Assembly (NCBI RefSeq): GCF_001194135.2
Contig: NC_068989.1
Coordinates: 93,375,567 to 93,430,235, forward strand
DNA: 54,669 nucleotides
Source of the DNA: Octopus bimaculoides
Lineage: Eukaryota
Reading direction: 5' to 3'
The position numbers and the translations under genes are program-made. Below are positions 48,984 through 54,669 of the stretch, in pieces. How positions within the stretch are numbered: the stretch's first letter is position 1; every line of letters starts with the position of its first letter. Below the pieces are notes generated by a model. The model was not told the DNA's origin, did no database searches, and saw only the letters and a list, made by a program, of their open reading frames with translations.

Positions 48984-49379
48984 TTTACATGTGCCAGTCA
49001 TTTGACTGCGGCCATGCTGGAGCGCTGCGTTTAGTCTAACAAATCGATCCCAGGATTTATTCTTGTAAGCATAGTACTTATTCTATCGGTATCTTTTGCC
49101 GAACCACTAAGTTACGGAGACGTAAACACAGACACACAAACACAGACACACAAACATATATACACATATACGTATGTACTGAAAGATGCCCATCATATAT
49201 CGCCACGATAGATCGCTAGCCACAACACATTCTTTATTTTCTGTCCTTGTTTCTTTCTGTGGAAGAGTGTAGGCTCGAAACGTTGACTTTTTCACTTCCC
49301 GAGCGTTAAAATGATACATCTCTTTGTTGTCTACACCACCTGCCTTCATCTTTTGTTTTGTTTGTTTGTGAATTCTCCC

Positions 49380-49415
<36 letters not shown>

Positions 49416-49570
49416 TATATGGGCTTCTTTCAGTTTCCGCCTGCCAAATCCACTCAGAAGGCTTTGGTCGGCCCGAGGCTATAGTAGGAGACAGTTGCTG
49501 AAGGTGCCACGCAGTGGGACTGAACCCGAAACCATGTGGTTGGTAAGCAAGTTACCACACAGCCACTCCT
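48984..49570 (-). mobile_element. SINE family A with a nested Penelope-like terminal fragment (about 49220-49380)
   Basis: Tail agtcatttgactgcggccatgctggagc; head gtgccacgcagtgggactgaacccgaaaccatgtggttggtaagc; insert carries ctgtggaagagtgtaggctcgaaacgt. Confidence 0.88.
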
Positions 49571-49599
49571 CTGCCTATATATATGCATATATATATGCA

Positions 49600-49630
<31 letters not shown>

Positions 49631-50075
49631 GTATGTATATGTATATATGNNNNNNNNNNNNNNNNNNNNNNNNNNNNNNNNNNNNNNNNNNNNNNNNNNN
49701 NNNNNNNNNNNNNNNNNNNNNNNNNNNNNNNNNNNNNNNNNNNNNNNNNNNNNNNNNNNNNNNNNNNNNNNNNNNNNNNNNNNNNNNNNNNNNNNNNNNN
49801 NNNNNNNNNNNNNNNNNNNNNNNNNNNNNNNNNNNNNNNNNNNNNNNNNNNNNNNNNNNNNNNNNNNNNNNNNNNNNNNNNNNNNNNNNNNNNNNNNNNN
49901 NNNNNNNNNNNNNNNNNNNNNNNNNNNNNNNNNNNNNNNNNNNNNNNNNNNNNNNNNNNNNNNNNNNNNNNNNNNNNNNNNNNNNNNNNNNNNNNNNNNN
50001 NNNNNNNNNNNNNNNNNNNNNNNNNNNNNNNNNNNNNNNNNNNNNNNNNNNNNNNNNNNNNNNNNNNNNNNNAAA

Positions 50076-50147
<72 letters not shown>

Positions 50148-50559
50148 GATATATACAAACATATAAATAAACACACTCACACACGTATATCCATACATAT
50201 AACTATATATGCGTGTATATGTGTGAGTGTGTACGCGTGCACATACATACACACACATAGATACACACACATAGATACACACACAAACGCACGCAAACCC
50301 ATGCCCACACCAACCATTGTTCTTTTGTTTTACTTTTTCCAACTAAGACTGTCGGCACGTGTTTTTGTTCTTACGAATTAATATCACGCCACCACTGTAG
50401 CGATTGTGGTGGTGGTGGTGGTGGGTGTTTGCGACGGTGATGTTGGTATAAATGATGTTGATGATGATGGAGTTGGTGGTGACGGGTATGGTGCTAGCGC
50501 GGCCATACTCTAGTTATACATGTTTTTTTTAATGTGTTTTCTTTATGTTTTATGTTCTT

Positions 50560-50757
50560 ATTTGTTTCAGTCATTAGACTGTGGCCATGCTGGGGTACCG
50601 CTTTGAAGAAGTTTCAGTCGAATAAATCGATGATCAGTCACTTTTGCCGCACCGCTAAGTAACGGCGATATAAACACACCAACACCGGTTGTCATGCGGT
50701 AGTGGAGGACAAACACACATACACACACACGCACACACACACACACAAACGCACCCC

Positions 50758-50795
<38 letters not shown>

Positions 50796-50965
50796 GACGG
50801 GCTTCTTTCAGTTTCCGTCTACCGAACACTTTCACAAGGCTTTGTTCGAGGCTATAGTAGAGGCTATAGTAGAAGTCACTTGCCCAAGGTGTCTCGCAAT
50901 GGGACTGAACTCGGAACCACATGTTTGGGAAGTAAATTTCTTTCACCTCAGAACCACGTCTGCAC
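50560..50965 (-). mobile_element. SINE family A, full length
   Basis: Same tail and head as the other copies; internal gaggctatagta duplication. Confidence 0.9.
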
Positions 50966-51807
50966 CCTTCCTTTTTTTTATTATTAGTTCTGTGACAGGC
51001 TGAGGCAAATCGCACGTGACCGTCCTTTTACCCTTTTTTTCTTGCTTTTTGTTAACTGCCTTCATCAGTTGTGGGGTCAGAGGAAGGGAGTTAATTATAT
51101 CTTCAGACCAGAGAATGGGCTCGATTTTGGGGGGAATAGAGTAAACACAGCTTAAATCCCTCGAGGTTGGTCCTTTATGCAAAAAATCCTCGAGGTGAAG
51201 CTCGACAAATTCAAAGAGGGTTATGGTATTATTCACCAATAAGTGGACGCATATCTTTTCTCTACCGCTTCATCAGAAAAGAAAGGATTCCGTTGACAGT
51301 CCTTTCCCCCAGAAAGTCAAAGATTGATAGGAAGAAGGGTGTGGCATATTCTCAGATTGAACTCAGAGTTCGAACGCTTACGACAAAGTAAATTCTACTA
51401 ATGGTATCTAAATCAAAGGCTAGGTGAGGTGGTCAACGTATTATATGTGCCTCCTCCGAAATATGAACGGACTCTCGGAATGACTTCCATAGTTCCTGTT
51501 GCCAAATTTCACTCACAAGACATGAGATAATCCGAGGGTCTGGGGAAACAAACTTGTGCAGTATAACCAGCAGAGGGATCGATCTCAAAACCAACGATCA
51601 AAACGGGTCGTGTATCACTGAACAGAGAAAAAAATGTACAAAAAAAACAGATTAGGTTTATCCATGCAAAGAAAAGCCTACGGAAAAGACCATGGTAACC
51701 TCAGGTGGGGAGGGAAAAACACGAGAGCAAATAGATGAATAGATAAATAGATAGATAGATAGATAGATGGATGGATGGATGGTTAGATACATAATTAAAT
51801 AGGTAGG

Positions 51808-51897
<90 letters not shown>

Positions 51898-52246
51898 AGT
51901 AACCTTATGCCGAGAAAGTGATAACCATACGCATACACATAAGCGTATATATATTTACATGGGCAGGAAATCAAATACACTCACATGTACGCTTGCTCAC
52001 ACACATATACATGTGCATACATACATACATACGAACGTACGTACGTACAGCATATAATGATATAGATATAGGTCGACATGTGTACACGTGCCGTCTTCAT
52101 AACATTCCAAGAGGCACGTGTTTCTCTCTCAAACTACTTCCTACACACGTGTGTTTGTTTACGCACACACATATATATATATAGATATAAAAATATATGT
52201 ACATATATCTATATGTATGCGTATGTGTGCGTATGTATGTGCGTAC

Positions 52247-52279
<33 letters not shown>

Positions 52280-52398
52280 CACATAAAATAATCTGATTTA
52301 CGTATTTTAGTGTTGAGCGTGTATACTTATATTTTAGTTGAACTATATATATATATAGTTGTGTATATATATATATATACATATTTGTATATATATAT

Positions 52399-52466
<68 letters not shown>

Positions 52467-53974
52467 TCTGCCGGGGAGTGAGAGAGTGTGTGGAACAAGG
52501 TGTGAGAGAAAAGAAAAGGATATCTTATTCAAAGAGTGTACAGTTGCATGTCAATAACCAAAGCACGTATAATTAAATAAACATATGGATTAGCGTAATC
52601 TCTTATTGGAGCGCAGATTTCGCCATTGAGATGTCTCACTTCATCAGAAAGACCGTTAAGATTGGGCTGAATATACGGTTTCATTCGGAAAAACCATATC
52701 TTGTGAATGAAAGGCATTCACAGAGCGAGAAACAAGCAATTCGTGAAAAATCAGTAAACATTTTCAGCCATGTTTGTGTCGTGAATTGGAAAACGATGTA
52801 AATTGTGGGACGTAAGGTATGTACGAATTCACGTAAACGCATTCCTTTGCTTCCGGTGTCGCACGGAGCTGCCAAAAACAGCATTTTAATTTTGTTTACA
52901 TTATAGAATGTAGAAAAGTATTCAATATCAAATTTAGATCATAAAATTTTAATTAAAATCTTGATTGATATTTTATAAATCGATACAAATCCACCGAAGC
53001 ATATTGTCATCTAGCTTGCCATCCAATCTATGTTAGGCAAAAAGAAAGTGTTGAACGAAATTTGCGAATAGGAGAATATGTTCGTATGTGTGTATGTATG
53101 TATGTATGAGTCAGCAGAACTAATTTTGTCAATGTTGCACCAGCGCCACCCTCTTTTCACGATTCGTTCAACTGAAGTCTGCGACATTTATTCTTTTGGT
53201 TACAACTTTTCATTGTTTTTGGAATCAATCGCTGTTTCCTTCCTTATCAGAGATTTGGTTGATAGAAATGTTTCATAGCATAACTCAACAGAGTTCTAGA
53301 CAGCCTTTTTGTACAGTTTGCTTAGGGTCAAAGCCTTAAGGACGAGAACTAGTGTTTTTTACATGCACTGCGTGATCCGTCTAGTGAACTTGCAATTCCA
53401 AATATGGCTACCCCCTGCTAGTAGTCATATTCAAATGTTGCAGGATTTCTCAGTTGGCGATAAAGTGTTACAGAGAAATATTCATTAAAGATCGTTGCTG
53501 CTGCAACTGTCAGCTCATCCGAGCTTTAATGCGTCAACGATAGAGTGTGTCGGTCTCGGCAAAACATTAAACAGAGAGAAAATGCCTAGAATGTACCTTT
53601 TTGTTGAACGTATCAATAGTCATGTCATCAAGCCTGTCTTTCCTTCATTAGTTGTGTTATCTTCAGGGGTGGATGTTAACGGTTTATATTGCGTGTAAGG
53701 TTTCAATGTTGTATGTATAGGTAGTTCTATATGCATAAATTTGCTCTCTCGGAGTATTCGTTGAGGTTTGGGGCGTTGCTTGTGATTATTTCTATACATT
53801 TAGGTGTATAAAGATTGTGCTTCGTACTCTAATACAATACGCATTTGCTAATGTACACTCTGTTAAATTGTATACTTGCTTTCAGGTTGTAGATATAACT
53901 TAAGAACTTTGTATAATTTTCCTAATCATGTTTCGGAACGTATTACTATGCTGGTAATAGCCTACCTTCAAAGC

Positions 53975-54045
53975 ATAGCGACGGGTAAAGTGCCACAAAG
54001 CATTTCGTCCGGCGTGCTAACGATTCTGTCAGCCCACCGCTTCAT
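53975..54045 (-). mobile_element. SINE family B head fragment
   Basis: aagcatttcgtccggcgtgctaacgattctgtcagcccaccgc. Confidence 0.75.
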
Positions 54046-54094
<49 letters not shown>

Positions 54095-54095
<1 letters not shown>

Positions 54096-54650
54096 TGCTC
54101 GGATGCAGTAACAGGCAGTGGCTCTCAATGCTTCTGATCTTAATTGATTGGAGGTGTTATCATGTACATTGTTTTGTCTTGGTATAAAATATGGGCTACA
54201 GCAAATATTCTGCTTAATACCACAGATTTGCTTGTCAATTGTTTGACCTTAATCAGTTGAGCATGTTCTTTGGTGACTGACAATATGTGCATCTCTGATC
54301 ACGAGCAGAAGTAGTGGGGGAGCATCATAGCCATGTGTTGAGAGGAATTCTTTGGGATTTGAATAATTCACCTTTGGAAACATTGATATTTTGCTCAACA
54401 TCCTTAAACAAACCTTATTCAGGGATCTTTTGAGCAGGATGGGCTACTCGACCTGAAGAAAATTCTAACTGGGCCCCACCTGTGAGGTCATGCGCTGTTT
54501 ATCTTGATATAAAATCACCATATCACGCACATATGATTGTGATGCATGTGCCTGGTGTACCCTTATCAGACGGGTAGTCATGATGGGTATACTGGGCTTC
54601 GTATATTTTACCCCAGTGTCACTTTGATGGCATGCACTGCTCTCTCACTC
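54095..54650 (+). mobile_element. 556-bp non-coding interspersed element flanked by (AAT)n; probable 3' UTR or non-autonomous partner of an R4/Dong-like LINE
   Basis: (AAT)n on both sides; its 3' third recurs at 29179-29370 fused to R4/Dong RT; no long ORF. Confidence 0.75.
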
Positions 54651-54669
54651 AATAATAATAATAATCATA

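Noticed and set aside
50943-51391. ORFs of 98 aa (minus) and 74 aa (plus)
   Set aside because: No recognisable domain; overlap SINE remnants
53560-53960. Possible PLE linker remnant (KQRPKPQRILRESKF on the minus strand)
   Set aside because: Single short, low-identity match with many stops

Overview
AT-rich eukaryotic scaffold from a draft assembly (about 13% N gaps), dominated by (AT)n/(AC)n/(AG)n/(AAT)n/(ATAG)n microsatellites and decayed transposable elements. The repeat landscape (tRNA-derived SINEs, CR1-like, RTE, R4/Dong, Tx1/L1 LINEs, mariner/maT elements, MITEs, Penelope-like termini) looks like a cephalopod (Octopus-type) intron or intergenic region; the taxon is inferred, not proven. 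No intact host protein-coding gene, tRNA, rRNA or CRISPR array can be supported. Nearly all listed ORFs are microsatellite or gap artefacts, or TE pseudogene fragments. The most notable signals, all read by eye: (1) a recurrent minimal type-I hammerhead-ribozyme architecture with palindromic stem III in several unrelated repeat termini, some as inverted pairs and one with a compensatory G3-C8 core; (2) a (TTAGGG)n tract that replaces part of a LINE RT domain in frame; (3) a strong minus-strand AG|GTAAGT recursive-splice-like site plus weak minus-strand exon candidates, hinting the window is inside a long intron; (4) R4/Dong-type elements sitting in (TAA)n tracts, with a junction linking an abundant 556-bp element to their RT.
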